A DNA stretch of 59,011 nucleotides, filler included, from Basidioascus undulatus (Eukaryota): the NCBI GenBank assembly GCA_000826855.1. It is 5 parts of 5 records of this genome, joined end to end, with 100 filler letters (N's around TTAATTAATTAA, not from the genome) between each part and the next. Parts side by side here need not be neighbours in the genome. Positions count along the whole stretch, not along the records: positions 33,444 to 44,473 come from JTLS01001055.1; positions 44,574 to 59,011 come from JTLS01001056.1; 3 more parts are not named here. The stretch is one strand, 5' to 3'. Each line of letters opens with the position of its first letter. Position 1 is the first letter of the stretch. The position numbers and the translations under genes are program-made. Positions 34,064-53,506 of this stretch are shown in pieces. A model generated the notes under the pieces. It did not search any database. It had not been told where the DNA came from and saw only the letters and a program-made list of their open reading frames with translations.

Positions 34064-35576
34064 GGTGTGTGCGTGTGTGTGATGGTTGATTGTTGAGGCA
34101 TCGCAACTTTGGGAGCTCAGGGCTAACAGGGCTGGGATCGCGTGAGACCCGCGGATTGCCCGAGGACAAGGGCACATACTATGGAGCAGGATCGCTGCGA
34201 TCTGTTTCTAGCCTTGTCCTGCCATTGCCAGCTGGAGAAACAGCATCAGTCCTCGTGCTTTATTCAAAGAAACATTACCTATCTTTGGATAAACTTAAAA
34301 TATGGAGGAATCACGGGTGTGCAGGCCGATTAAGACTGCAGCGGCATGTTTCCACCGCAAGGGGAGCCAGTCTTATTCTGAGCTGGTATGCACATCAGAG
34401 GGCTTTATGGCAAGCTGTATGTCCTGTAACTTGAAGTTACAGCAGCAGCGGTGCAGTGGTGCAGCAGGCAGCGACCTCTTGATGCCGTTAATGTGTCGCG
34501 CTTGACCCTTGCAGCTGGCACGTTCCATGTTTGTGCCACTTCACCCGACCTTCACTAGGAGTCTAGTCAATTTATACATTCTGATATTCATAAATTGATG
34601 TTGTATTTGGAACAATCCATACAACGGCCTTCCCGAGCCGCCCTATAAACGCTTTGCCTACCCGCAAGTACGCCTGCAGCATCGTTCCGAGAAGGCAACA
34701 TCTCGGGGAAAAGCATTTACTGATCGAAAACTCAGAAATCACTGCGCTTCACTATCCCTTTTGTACAGGATAGTGAGCTCGGGTACTTTAGAGCCTCCGA
34801 TAGCTATGTTAGGAAAGAGAATGCCGTGGAGCCTTGGAAGCCTGAGGTGGGTATGAGTTTCATCCATGCTACTAGAAGAGTCGATATTTCTTGCTGCTCA
34901 TACCAGCTCATGGAGTGGGGCCCTCTTTGACCTCAGTTCTGCAACTCACTCGGCAGTGGGACGCACTTCTCTCTGTTGGCTGTTCTCTGAAGTTGATGTG
35001 GGTGAGGGCCGGAGTCCGACAGGAAATCACTTGCTAAATTGTAGAAGCGTACTTGGGCCAGACATGATGCTTTGTGCGGTGCTGCTGTACCTGTGGGGAC
35101 ACACGTGGCACACCCCTTGTTGTCCTCATTTTGCTGAAAGATGGGATAAATACTGATGCCTTTCTGTCAAACATAGCATTCCATAGACCAAGTACATCTA
35201 GGTAGTGGCAAAACGGCAGAGATTCAGGCCCAAACTGGTCGAGAATGGAGCCCGGGCCGCATGCAGTCTAAGTGTCGCTGACTGTGGTGGCACACCATCG
35301 CCACTGCCTCCGCTGCAGGATATTTCGAATCCGCTCACCTCCATGGGGACTTGATCTAATCAGGGGCAAGGGGCAATCAGGGACAGCCGAGCAGCGGTGT
35401 TCAATCATCCAACGACACATGTGACCCTCAGAATGCGGAGCCTGCAGACGACAAGACCAGGCTTTCGCCGGAGTTCTCCCGGGTAACGAGAAGAACGCAC
35501 CCTCGCGAACACATAAAGGAAGACAGAAGTTAATCTGAAATTTCATTCTTCCCGCTTCCTCAAACACCTCAGGACT

Positions 35577-38335
<2,759 letters not shown>

Positions 38336-38747
38336 TCTGTGAATGCAACAACTTTAGGGCAGAGGAGTGGTGATCGCATGCATTTATGGAAGTGTCCATT
38401 TACAACAGTACGAGGCGCCTGATGTGCTACGATGGGATGCACCGCCTTGCAAGTCTGCACGTTCCGAAGATAAACCTTGCACTGTGCAATATGAGCGCCT
38501 TGGAATGTGAACAACTACGATCCCCTCTAGAACAATCAAAGGTCCCAAGAACAGTGGGCATGGGGACGTGCCGACAACACTACGCGGCATGCGGCCCTGA
38601 CGGAGAGATGGAGAGCGTGACAAAGCGGGTTAACAAGTTCGAACCGATGACCCAAACATGCAAATGCGGCCAGGCAAGGTATAATATCGACCGAGCAGGT
38701 ACAAGCTGGTCTAGTACACATCCCTGCCCAGTGCCGCAAGCCAGATA

Positions 38748-42955
<4,208 letters not shown>

Positions 42956-44130
42956 CGCAGCGGATCGAACCAGTTGGAGCGGAGTGCGCAGGCGATCGAC
43001 AGGGTATGAGTTCACAGACTCCCAAAGGCGTTCTTCAGTGCTTTTAGGATTGCGATAGCTGCTCGAAAACGAGCGTGAGTACGTTGTGGTGCGAAAGAAA
43101 GAGGCGCGTCGGTGGCAAGTCCTGATTCTCGCTCGAAGCATGCCGGCCGGATGCAATGTCAGTCAGCCCTTTCGGCGCCAGGATTCAAGGAGCCGATTGC
43201 AGCCCAGGTCGTCTCTTCTCGGGTCTGGGGTTCTTACATTATCAACGGATATTGCCATGTGAATCATTATAAAAAAAAATTCACGGTTGATCCGGCTAGG
43301 ATTGCGGCCGTTGGCGGCCTCCCTGCATGACATTATTTGACCTAGGCAGGAAAGCAACAGTGCTCCTGCCCGACAAGCACCCCGACGAACACATGAATGG
43401 TGAGAGGTTTTCCTCCAACTGCAGGATACATCAAATATCATTGGTAAAATCCCACCTACCATTAAGAAAAACGCATCAAACCAAGTGAAGACGAGCTACA
43501 GCCTATGAAATGCCGCACAGTGGCAGCCTACTGGCAAGTGCTCCACACATTCTCAGGCTTCCTCCTACTGAACGTCCCCTTCGCCTCATCCTGTGGGAAT
43601 GCTAAAATACCTACCCCCCCTACCCAGTTAGTAATTCAGAAGGTAATTTGCAGCTGGAAGGCTTATTGAAAAGTCAGAGAGCACTGGTCTCGCGTGCGTG
43701 CTGGCGGGAAAGGTCCAAATCGGGAAATGCCGCAACCCCTCCGCGCAATGCAACTACACAGAGCTGTAAGACCGTCTCTTCTTGCTCACATGTAGACGAA
43801 ATTCATGTGCGTACGCAACAACACGTGTCTTGCAAGTCAAAAAGAGCGTCCAGTTTCTTGCTGTTTCCACCTCCGGCGTTTTAGAGCCCTCGGCAGACTC
43901 AGCAGACACGAAACGGCAACTCGGATGTAGTGCCAGTGGGGCAGTTGAACTCCACTGACTGTGAGAGCGACACACTCCGCTGTATCCTGCATCTCGTGCA
44001 CAATAGTGGACGGCTGTACAAAGGCTTGGACCATAAAGGCGGAGTCGCGTTGCCGTCGTCCCCCCACGTATTCCCGCAACTCAGAAATCGACAGTCCTCT
44101 TCCTTCTCTCTTTTCTAGCACCGAATACCA

Positions 44131-44473
44131 ATGTCCCACATCGACAAGTCTCTCCATAAGCCAGCATCTCCCGAATACATCGAGCACGCGCAGGCGCCGG
44201 TTCTGGAAGCGGATGCCGAGATCGAGGCAAGTCTGCTGTCGACAGTTTTTGAATCATCTCGAGATCCTCCTCTGCGGAGTCCCTTCCATGTCCGAGAGCC
44301 CGTGGCACCTCATACGCAAAGGCCGGGCGGAAGCCGCCAAGAAGTCGCTCAGGCGTCTGGGTACCCCGGAGGACGCGTTGGATTGCAAGGTTGCTGCCAT
44401 CTCGGAGACGATCGAGCGTATGCGCAGGGAGGCGAACGGCGCCAGCGTGCTGGACTGCTTCAAGGGCGTTGAC
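44131..44473 (+). pseudogene. Sugar-porter (maltose permease-like) remnant with internal deletion, cut by the spacer
   Basis: ESPWHLIRKGRAEAAKKSLRRL...GASVLDCFKGVD is the central loop after TM6. It follows an N-terminus-like segment (MSHIDK...EHA...EASL) in another frame, with no room for TM1-5. Confidence 0.7.
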
Positions 44474-44573
44474 NNNNNNNNNNNNNNNNNNNNNNNNNNN
44501 NNNNNNNNNNNNNNNNNTTAATTAATTAANNNNNNNNNNNNNNNNNNNNNNNNNNNNNNNNNNNNNNNNNNNN
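44474..44573. other. Artificial contig spacer
   Basis: N44-TTAATTAATTAA-N44. Confidence 0.98.
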
Positions 44574-44863
44574 GCCGCTCTGTACGCCAAGAGGGACGTC
44601 ATCGAGGGCGTTTCGGAGTGCATCATCATGGGCAACCCGGCGCAGAACTGCGGAACTTCCATGTGCGTCGGTGTTCATCTTTGTCCTTTTATCCTCTGGT
44701 CGTACCATTAACTACAAAACACATATGGATCGACAGGCCCGCGATCCTCCTCCCAAAGCCCGCGTTCCCGCGCAAGCGTTCCCTCCTGTTTGAGGGCAGC
44801 TTCACCAAATGGGCCGGCCCGAAGAATGTGGCGGCCAAGGAAGCGGGCAAGCGCTCGGTCTAG
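44574..44863 (+). CDS. RPC1: RNA polymerase III largest subunit, extreme C-terminus
   Basis: AALYAKRDVIEGVSECIIMGNPAQNCGTS|MPAILLPKPAFPRKRSLLFE...*. GVSECIIMG with no CTD heptads fits Rpc1/Rpo31. Confidence 0.88.
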
Positions 44864-45327
44864 GAGGCTGTCAAGTGACGTTAGTTCTGGTAGTTCTGAA
44901 TGTTGAGGTTCTTGGGTTTGTTTGAACGACAATATGAAATGTTGTATTCGTCCATGCTGTGGGTAGCCGTGCTGTCCAGCTGTCAACTACCATGTCAGTA
45001 AAACTGACTAAAAAATCTTCATTATCCATCAGCCCTGTACTTACATACCGCAGTGTAAGCACACACCGACAGGCTGCTTTTACGGAGGAGCGGGACGAAA
45101 GCCAGCAAGTTCCCCTGAAAATGACCTGTGCTGCCTCGCGATATACACTCGCAGCTGGACTTGGCTGGCACACTCAAAGTACACATAGATCTTGAGGGCC
45201 CTCAAAGCATCTAGTGGCTTCCCAGCAGTACGTTGTGCACCATCCGCACATCACCTGCTTCGTCATACTCGTTTGAAACGGGAGCGCCGCTTGCAACCCA
45301 CATCCCCAGCTGCACCTCCCATTTCGC

Positions 45328-45646
45328 TGTCAACGTAACTTATCTCCTTGTCAACGTAGCTTATCTCCAAGTTTCACGTGGATGTGATAGCCAGAACGGC
45401 TTCTCAACCAATCGGCAAATGTTGGCTGATAGGCGAGAGAAGTGAAGACGGCTCCTTATTTTTCTGTGTCTCACGCTCCTTCCGTTGGACTTCCTCCTCG
45501 CGCTCGCGTGGTCCCTCCCTCGATCAGTGACAGCAACTCCGAAGCAGAATATGTACGACTAGATGTACAAGTATAAACTAAGGCTGCAGGTTCTCGATAA
45601 GCCAAGAAGATCGTCTAGCGGGCACCCGCACAGTCTGTGCTTATCT
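45328..45646 (+). promoter_or_regulatory. Cluster of six HGATAR sites upstream of the DAL5-type permease
   Basis: TTATCT at 45340, 45361 and 45641; TGATAG at 45385 and 45427; CGATAA at 45595. The first two lie in a 21-bp tandem duplication (45328-45369). Confidence 0.5.
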
Positions 45647-45738
45647 CTGCTGCAAGTTGGTTACATAAATGTCTTCAAAGGGGTTATTGCCCTTCGAGTT
45701 TCTTTCTGGGTCCTCCCAAACACCCTGCTTCAACAACC

Positions 45739-48537
45739 ATGGCATCCCTAAACCGACTAGAATCAATCGAGTCCAAGTCCTCCACGAAGAAATCTCCCAC
45801 TGTTGGCATCAACGTCGTCCCTGCTGTCGACGAGAAGGCTCAGGCCTTCCTGCCGGCGGTGGCAGAGGAGGACGCCGATGAGGCCTTGAAGCTTGCTGGC
45901 AAAATCCGTACACAGGTGAGTGGCAACCTTCAAAAGTTTGTTAGCATCGTTCTCGAAGCTGATCTGTTTATGGGGCTGGAAGTTCAGCGAAGAGTACATG
46001 GACAAGGTTCGGCGCAAGATCGACCGTCGCATCGTACCCATCATGGCCGCAGTGTACTTCACTCAGTGTAAAGAAAATTGAGCTGTCTCTGAGGTCAGGA
46101 CATGGACTGAACAAGGGTTGGTTGTGCGGCCCAGTCCTAGACAAAACGTCCCTCAAGTGAGTGGTCTTTGAGGCGCTTTATACAATCGCCGCTAACCGTC
46201 TTCTAACAGTTACTCGAGTGTGATGGGCGTAAGTCATCCCCTGGTTTTTCCTCGGACTACAACTTACGGCTTTTTTCTTTGCAGTTACCCATCGACGGAC
46301 AGTTTTATAACTTGGTCACACTGGCCTTCTACTTAGGTCTCTCTCTCCCTCCTCTCCCTCAACGCCTGCCGCTAGCAAAGTACTAAGTACATTAACGCTC
46401 CCGTTTATCTAGGTTTCCTCGTCTGGGAAATTCCTACCCAGTACATCGCTCAACGCCTGCCGCTGGCAAAGTACCTTGGTAAGCCTGGGTGCTGCAGAAT
46501 AGGTTCCAAGGTGGGAGCCACTGACGCTGTCACATCAGGCGCGAACGTGGTTGTCTGGTCAGCAGTCCTTATGCTACACGCAGCAGCGCCGAAGTTCGGG
46601 CCCTTCTTCGCTCTGCGCTTCATCTTGGGTGAGTGTGTGAGGGCTGGTATGAGAAGGATAGGCTGACGGGAACCTACAGGGATGCTGGAGAGTTGTGTAT
46701 CACCTATTTTGATTCTGATCGTCTCGTCCTGGTACAAGAAGAACGAGCAGGGTGTTCGCATTTCGTCGTTCTACCTCATGTGAGTTCAGTTCTTTGACTG
46801 TGCGTTCAAGGGGTGTGAGTTGACTCTAGGACTAAAGGAACGGCATGACCCAAGTCATTGGCGGTCTGCTTGCATTCGGGGTAACTTTCTACGAGGGCAC
46901 TGCTCTCGCCCAGTGGCGGGTGAGTAGCAAATGAAGTCAAAGTGCTACCGATGCTAACATGTACCCGCCCAGCTCATCTACATTATCCTGGGACTCATTT
47001 CGCTCGTTGTTGGCGTATTGGTACGTGACCTAGATCTTTGATACTCTGGGCGCTGCTGAATGTCCATGCAGGTGCTACTCTTCCTTCCCGACTCCCCTGC
47101 CACTGCACACTTCCTCACCGAGGAGGAACGGATTGCCGCGATTGAGCGGGTGCGCGATAACCAGTCGGGCACAGTCAACAAAGTGCGTACATAATGCTAC
47201 GTCTATAACTCGATTAAGCGAGTGACAGCTCAAGCCCCGTGCAACCAACAGCAATGGAAACAAGAGCAGTTCAAGGAAGCTTTGACGGACAGCCGCACTT
47301 GGCTCATCTTACTTTCGACTGCACTCTGTACGTCGCATGCAAGCATCGTTAAGGTGGTTCTTGAGTTGACCCAATTTACTCTCCAGTCTCTGTCCCGTAA
47401 GAACGACCCAAGCTATATGAGAGGGTGTAGTTCTGACAACCAGTTCCGCAACCAGTAATGGAGGACTGCAGTCGTTCCTCTCTAAGATCCTGGTTACCTT
47501 CGGGTTCACTGGTCGCCTATCTCTGTTGCTGAATGTACCTCAGTAAGTCTGTCTTCATGAAGGTGGACGTCTCCCGTGACTAAAATGAAATGCAGAGGTG
47601 TGGTCGGTGCCATCGTGACTATGGCGGTCGGGATTTGGTCGGACAGAAGCGTGCGTCTTTTCGTCCCATCTGTCTGAATAAAGAGGAATTGAGGCTGGTC
47701 GAGCCAGTCGGAGCGTATGCTTCCCATCTTTGGCTGCGTGGTCCCGACGATTATTGGGGCTGCTATGCTGGTCGGGTTTGATGTCGACCGTATCAAGTTC
47801 AAGGCTGGCTGCATCGTCGGTATTTTACTGGTGTGTGGGTCTCCTTCCTATGTAAACAGCGCCATTATTTGAACCAGTCCTCAACAGGTCTCTGCCTACG
47901 GGTCGGCATTGTCGATCATCTACTCAGTGCGTACCGTCACGCCAGGCTTTCGGCATCTGGGCGGAGGCTGATTCTTCCATTACAGTGGGCGGCTTCGAAC
48001 ATTGCCGGAACAACAAAAAAGAGTAAGAAAGTAAAACTTCATAGATATTCCTATAAGAGAAGCTCACAAACGTGTACGGCGTGACTTTAGCCACCGTCAA
48101 CACTCTCCTCATGGTGGTACGTCTTCAGGATTTCCGTCTGTACTGCAGGCTGCGCGCGCAAGGCAAGGTCTGACGGTGCACAGGCTTTCGCGATCGGTAA
48201 CATTTGCGGTGGGGAGATCTTGTGCGACTTTTCCGCCTTCTTTTTCGCCCAGAGGAGTTCATGAAACTGACAGACCCGTGCGCGCAGCCTTCCGAAGGAT
48301 GCACCCGGCTACCTCCCTGGGAAGATCGCCGTCCTGGTCATCTTCGTCCTGCTGGCCATTCTGGCACTCATCCTTCGGTCCATCAACATCTGCCTCAACT
48401 GCGAGAAGGCCGCCGCCCTTCGGGAGCTTGTCGAGCAGCACGGCTGGACGGACGAAGACCTGCAGCGGGAGCGCGACAAGGCGGCGTTCCTGGACCTGAC
48501 CGACCGCCAGAACCCTTACTTCACCTACGTGCCTTGA
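45739..48537 (+). CDS. MFS transporter, allantoate permease (DAL5/anion:cation symporter) family
   Basis: KVRRKIDRRIVPIM, LDKTSLNYSSVMG, QRLPLAKYLG, RFILGMLESCVSP, WYKKNEQGVR, LPDSPATAHFLTEEER, SNIAGTTKK, AFLDLTDRQNPYFTY. Many short exons. Confidence 0.93.
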
Positions 48538-48736
48538 TGTAAAGCGGTACACAAAGGGAGGGGATTGAAGGTTGGGCGGCAAGTCGGGAGGAGATGCAGT
48601 GGGTATGGATCTTACAATTTCAGGCTGTCAGTGACGAGGCTGCTTCACGAGAAACACGCATTCCGCTTGTGGCGTCGTTGGAAAAACCTGTCAGTTATTG
48701 CCCCCGGCGCAGTTCACATATTGCCACGAAACTCGT

Positions 48737-49827
48737 CTATAGCACGCCTCTCCACCATCCAATCCTCCCGACATCCTTCCATCCTTCCTTCTCAAATACT
48801 GCCCGACTTGCAGCATTTCTCTCAAAGTAGTCGGCGTGCACCCAATCGACGCCTTCCGCTCGTAGCAGCTCGACTGCCCGCCTGATGACGCACCGCCCGA
48901 GACCCTTGGAACGATGGTCGGGCAACGTGTGCAGCGCGCACAGGGATACTGAAGTCCGGAGGGGAAGATGTTAAATCTGTCCAAGAGGGTCAGGAGAGTA
49001 TTATGAAGCTACTTGCGGTCGTCTGAAGTAAGGGACCACGCCACCGGAAGAGGATTGGGTGCGGCGGTCGTGGGAGGAGGTCGCAAGCAGGGTGAGAGGT
49101 GCAGGAGTGGTATGAACCGTGTTGGAGGATGGGGAAGGTGGTTATGGGCAAGGAGCTATTGCACCCGGCTCACAACATCAGCGACCTTCTACGTTGGGCG
49201 GTCATCATCAGATTCACATACTTCTGGAAGCTCGCCTTCGCGCATGAGATCCATCTGCCATTCAATTTCCGTCCGCAAGTCCGTTCCAGTCGACGGTGGC
49301 TCGCCCTCCCATAGCACCTTCCGGCAAGCCCCGCCCATGCTGGGTTTCTCCAACAACTCCTCGCGCTCGATCTGCTCTCCCCAGCGCGTCTCCAGAGCAG
49401 GGCACAGGATGCGATGCCCGGCTTCGTACGTGTACCGGATGAGCTGCACCGCCTGTGGGACGAGCGGAGAGGAGGAAGATTCGGAATGGATGTATAGATG
49501 AGCTTTGGCCGTCCCGGAAGCCGGGAAGGCAAAGTCGTAGGAGGGCGGCGTGAGGACGAGGAGCGCCCAGTCATCTTCGAGCGCGAGCGAAATGCCGGGC
49601 GGCGGCTTGACGAGGATCGAGTTTGGAACAGCTCCGAACGCCCACACTTTTGTGTTCTTCCCTAGGCGCGGAATGATTGAGTCCCAGCTCGCAGCAGCCG
49701 GATGAGGTTGAGATAGTGTGGGCGCGAGAAGAAGGCCGAGGACGTGGGACGCGATGGGTTGACCACGGAGGTGGCTGAGTAACGATGGAAGCGAGATATC
49801 CGAGTGGGAGTAAGTTTGAATGCTCAT
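48737..49827 (-). CDS. GNAT-family acetyltransferase (FR47/glycine N-acyltransferase-like C-terminus)
   Basis: Spliced PVAWSLTSDD|LSLCALHTLPDHRSKGLGR (acetyl-CoA motif A) and NAASRAVFEKEGW. Requires one GT-AG and one GC-AG intron. Confidence 0.8.
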
Positions 49828-50090
49828 TTCTTGATGACGAACGAGTGTAGTAGGATGGCAAGTAAGAGGGACTCGGATGGTTGTGGCCGCAAGGCAAGCA
49901 AGAGTTCCCGATGCGAAGGAAGAAACGCGCAGCGCGTGACTCGGTGACGCCCACTGACAGACCGTGAACAGACAAAGAATGGCTCGCGGTATTTGCTATT
50001 ATGAATGCGTAATAAAGACAGCTTATTATATGCCCATGTGCCCATGGAAGTGAGATAAAAGCATAAAGGCTTAAAAGTATGGTACGTCGC

Positions 50091-51275
50091 TCAACGATTA
50101 ACAATCCGCTCGACTCGCTCATACAGCGTTCTCGGGCTCACGCCTGGCCTCTGCCCATCAACAACCACACGGTCGAACGCCCTAGACGAGTCTTCACGCT
50201 GAGTCGGGTATTCCAGTCGAACAGGCGCGACCGAAGAGGACCCAAGGCTCGGTAACGGGTTCTGCAGCGCGGAGGGGGAGTTGAATGCGTCAAATGCAGC
50301 CTCGAGTTTCGCCGTCGACGGGTACTCCAGGTTGTGCGGCCGAGTGGACTGGTGGTGAGGGGGAAGGGAGTAGTACTGTGCGGGGCGGGTAGCAGGAAGC
50401 TGAGAGGCGGGGCGGGAATGGCACAGCCAGAAGGATTTGCGTCTCAGCGAAGACGACTGCCGAACGAGGGTGTGCTCGGGGTAGGCGAGAGGCTGCACAC
50501 CGCCGGCCTCGGTAAAGGCTAGAACCGATGCGGTTGGCGGAGAAGAGCGGGCGCGGCGTCGGGCGCACCACATTCCGAGGGCGATAAGGAACACGGCGCC
50601 GATGAGGAAGAGCGGAATAGCGAGGTAGACGACGGGAATTTGGAAGTTGCGTGGCTTTCCGGAGGAGGAAGAAGAGGAGGAAGACGAAGAGGCGGTAGAA
50701 TTTGGTAAAGGGCCTGGAGAAAGGGCTTTGAGAGGCGGCGTGCGCAGGTTATCAAGCTGAAGGAAACGTACGGGAGATGGTGAAAGGCGAAGTTTTCCAG
50801 CCATCGCCGATCCCTCGATCGCGCAGCCAGAAGATGTAAGGCCCATCGTGCAGGACCTGCGGGACCGTCCTACAGCTTCATAGTATTCAGGGGCATGTAA
50901 CGCAAGCGACAGAACAGAAAGGAAAGGTCAACTCACAACGAGACCGAGTACGTGCTATTCTGCTGACTCGGCGACGTCCACACCACTGCCCCGCATGCAA
51001 GAGACTCGACCATGGAAGGTTCATCCATGCACAGTTGGAGTGTTGGGTCTTTAATAGAGACGCCAGAAGTGGACCTGTTCGCGCACCATGTTTCGATGTG
51101 AGGGGATCTGGCAAGCGCGGGTTCGACGGAAAAGTGTGAGAGGAGCGTACCAAGCCACGGTCACCGAGTCTCCGCTCTTATAAGAAGCTGGGGTGTCCGC
51201 CGAACGGAATGAAACCGGCACAGCGTGCGCAAGGGGCATGGCGGCCAGCGCGGCGAGAATGGCAAGAGAGAGCAT
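50091..51275 (-). CDS. Type-I membrane protein with signal peptide and small beta-rich (Kre9/KNH-like) ectodomain
   Basis: Signal MLSLAILAALAAMPLAHA, spliced ectodomain SYKSGDSVTVAW...TLQLC...YSVSLTVPQV...YIFWL...TSPFTI, a Ser-rich linker, TM VVYLAIPLFLIGAVFLIALGMWC followed by ARRR. Confidence 0.7.
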
Positions 51276-51568
51276 GGCGTCCGGCGCGGGTAATAAAGAC
51301 GTTGCTCAGCACAGTAACGATGAAGGTGTGAGCAAGAAACGGTACCAAGGTGGGGAATATGGATCGAGCAGGGACGAGAGGCTGAGTGTTGGTCGACTTT
51401 CTTTCTGTGTCTCGCAGCCTTCAACCAACAACAACAGCAATGCCGGATGCAGTTGGTCGAAACCGCGTAACCAGTCGCAGTGTGCTTATGATGCGGAATG
51501 TCTATGAATGCGGCTGCAATGCGTGGAATACAAAATTTGGACTGAACAGAAAAGCGGCTAGAATGCTC

Positions 51569-53506
51569 TTAGAGCTTGGAGTCCTCGTTGGAGAGGACGT
51601 AGCGGTAGCGGGCCTGTAGTGCAGTTCGTTGAGTGGCCTGCGTTCTCGGAGCATGGAACGGATATTCTTACCTTGCCGGCGTCCATGTCCTTGACAGTCT
51701 GGGCAGCAGTCTCCATCGGGCGAACCTCGACCCAGGGCTTGACACCCTTGCTCGCGGCGAGCTCGAACATCTCGCGGAGCTCCTTCGGGCTACCGATCAG
51801 GGAGCCACCGCTGTAGTGGGACGAAGACGATGTCAGTAACCTGGGAACGATCTATAAATGGGGAACTACTTTCAATGATACGCCTCTACTAATAAGCGCC
51901 CCGCCGCGGAAAGCCGGAAGCGGGTTCTCGGGCAAGCCGACAAGGATGAACTTGCCACGCGGGCGGAGGAGGGAGAGGTAGAAGTCGATCGGGAGGTCGT
52001 TCTGGAAGGAGGTGCCTGTTTGAGCGAAAGTCAGTCAGATATTTAGCGTACTGGAATTGGGTGTGAAATATGAATTGAGAACGCACAGAGGATAACGTCG
52101 AACTTGCGGCTGTACTTCTGCTTGGCGTCGTTGTGGTTCGAGACGATCAGGAAGTTCTCCTGCAAGTGCCCGGTCGCATGAGCGAGAATGTAGAATGAAT
52201 TACAAGAATAACTACACTACCTCAGGAATGCCCATCTTGGTCGCATCCGCCTTCTTGCCAGCGGAGTGCGAGAGCGCGTAGGTGTCGGCGCCGAGCGCGA
52301 CAGACCACTGCAGGCCGAGGTGGCCAAGGCCGCCGATGCCGACAACACCAACGGTGGAGCCAGGTCCGACGTTCTCGTCTAAAAACAACGTCATCAGCCA
52401 CATTTATAAGGTTTTAGCGCGAGAAGGACCCGGAAACGCACTCTTCAGAGGCGAGTAGGTCGTAACACCGGCGCAGAGCAGAGGGGCGGCGACCTCCGAC
52501 AACATGTTCTCCGGGATCGGGATCGCAAAGTGGCCCTTGCCACGGAAGCTGCGTTTGGAAGTGACGTCAGGCGTCAGCTTCAAACAACGAGCCTTGACGC
52601 AGGACCTACTAGTTCGCGTAACCACCCTGGGAGATGGAGCCGTCCTCCCACTTGCCCTGGTAGGTGCCAATCATGCCCTTCTCACAGTACTGTTATACCC
52701 AGTTCGGATACGCGTCAGCCAGCCGTGCAAGGTAAAATTAGGGTAGACACGACAGACCTGCTCCCAGTCCAACTTGCACTCGCGGCACTGGCGGCAAGAG
52801 CCAGCCTGTAGGCACGCATCACAAAATCAGCGATACTTCACGAGAGAAAGTCATGTTAAATAATGAGAAACACACACCTGAGCGCCGAAGCCGACACGGT
52901 CGCCAACCTTGATGTGGCTGACGTTGGCGCCGACGCGAGTGGCAATACCGACAATCTCGTGACCGACAACGGCGGGGTAGACAGTAGGGCCCCAGCCTGT
53001 TATATGTGCATTTCAATCAATCCTGCAGTCTCATGCGAGGCAGAGCCCGGGACGGCAGATGAACTCACCGCTGCGGAGGACGTGGATGTCGCTGATGTCC
53101 CAGTTTACAGACAAATCAGCGCCGATGCATCGAGATCGTAGTCAGAGAGGATTGCCTACGATCCACAGACGCCACAGCAGATGATCTGAGAGATACAGCT
53201 TGTGAGCATCATGCCAAAGTAATAGAAGCCAATACTCAGACACACCTTGATGTCGACATCGTCCTCAGACCACTTCTCTGCAACCGAGAGTACCAGCGTA
53301 AGTGCCGATCATGGCGCGAGTATTCCCTCAAGCAACTGGCAACTCACTGGGCGCGTACGACCTGCATTCGCTCGCCACGTCAATTCCAGAAGTCCTGCTA
53401 TCGTAGCCTGAATGTAAAGAACTCACCAGGGCTTGAGCTCACTCCACTCCTCCTTGGAGAAGGCGGCGTGGCCGGTGAACTGCTCGGGAGTCGAAGGGGC
53501 AGCCAT
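51569..53506 (-). CDS. NADP-dependent Zn alcohol dehydrogenase (Adh6/cinnamyl alcohol dehydrogenase type)
   Basis: [80 protein letters not shown]. Many micro-exons. Confidence 0.95.

Noticed and set aside
43277..43325. VDPARIAAVGG resembling the alpha/beta-hydrolase DPxRIxxxGxSAG motif
   Set aside because: The nucleophile Ser motif is absent and there is no flanking similarity; too short to call.
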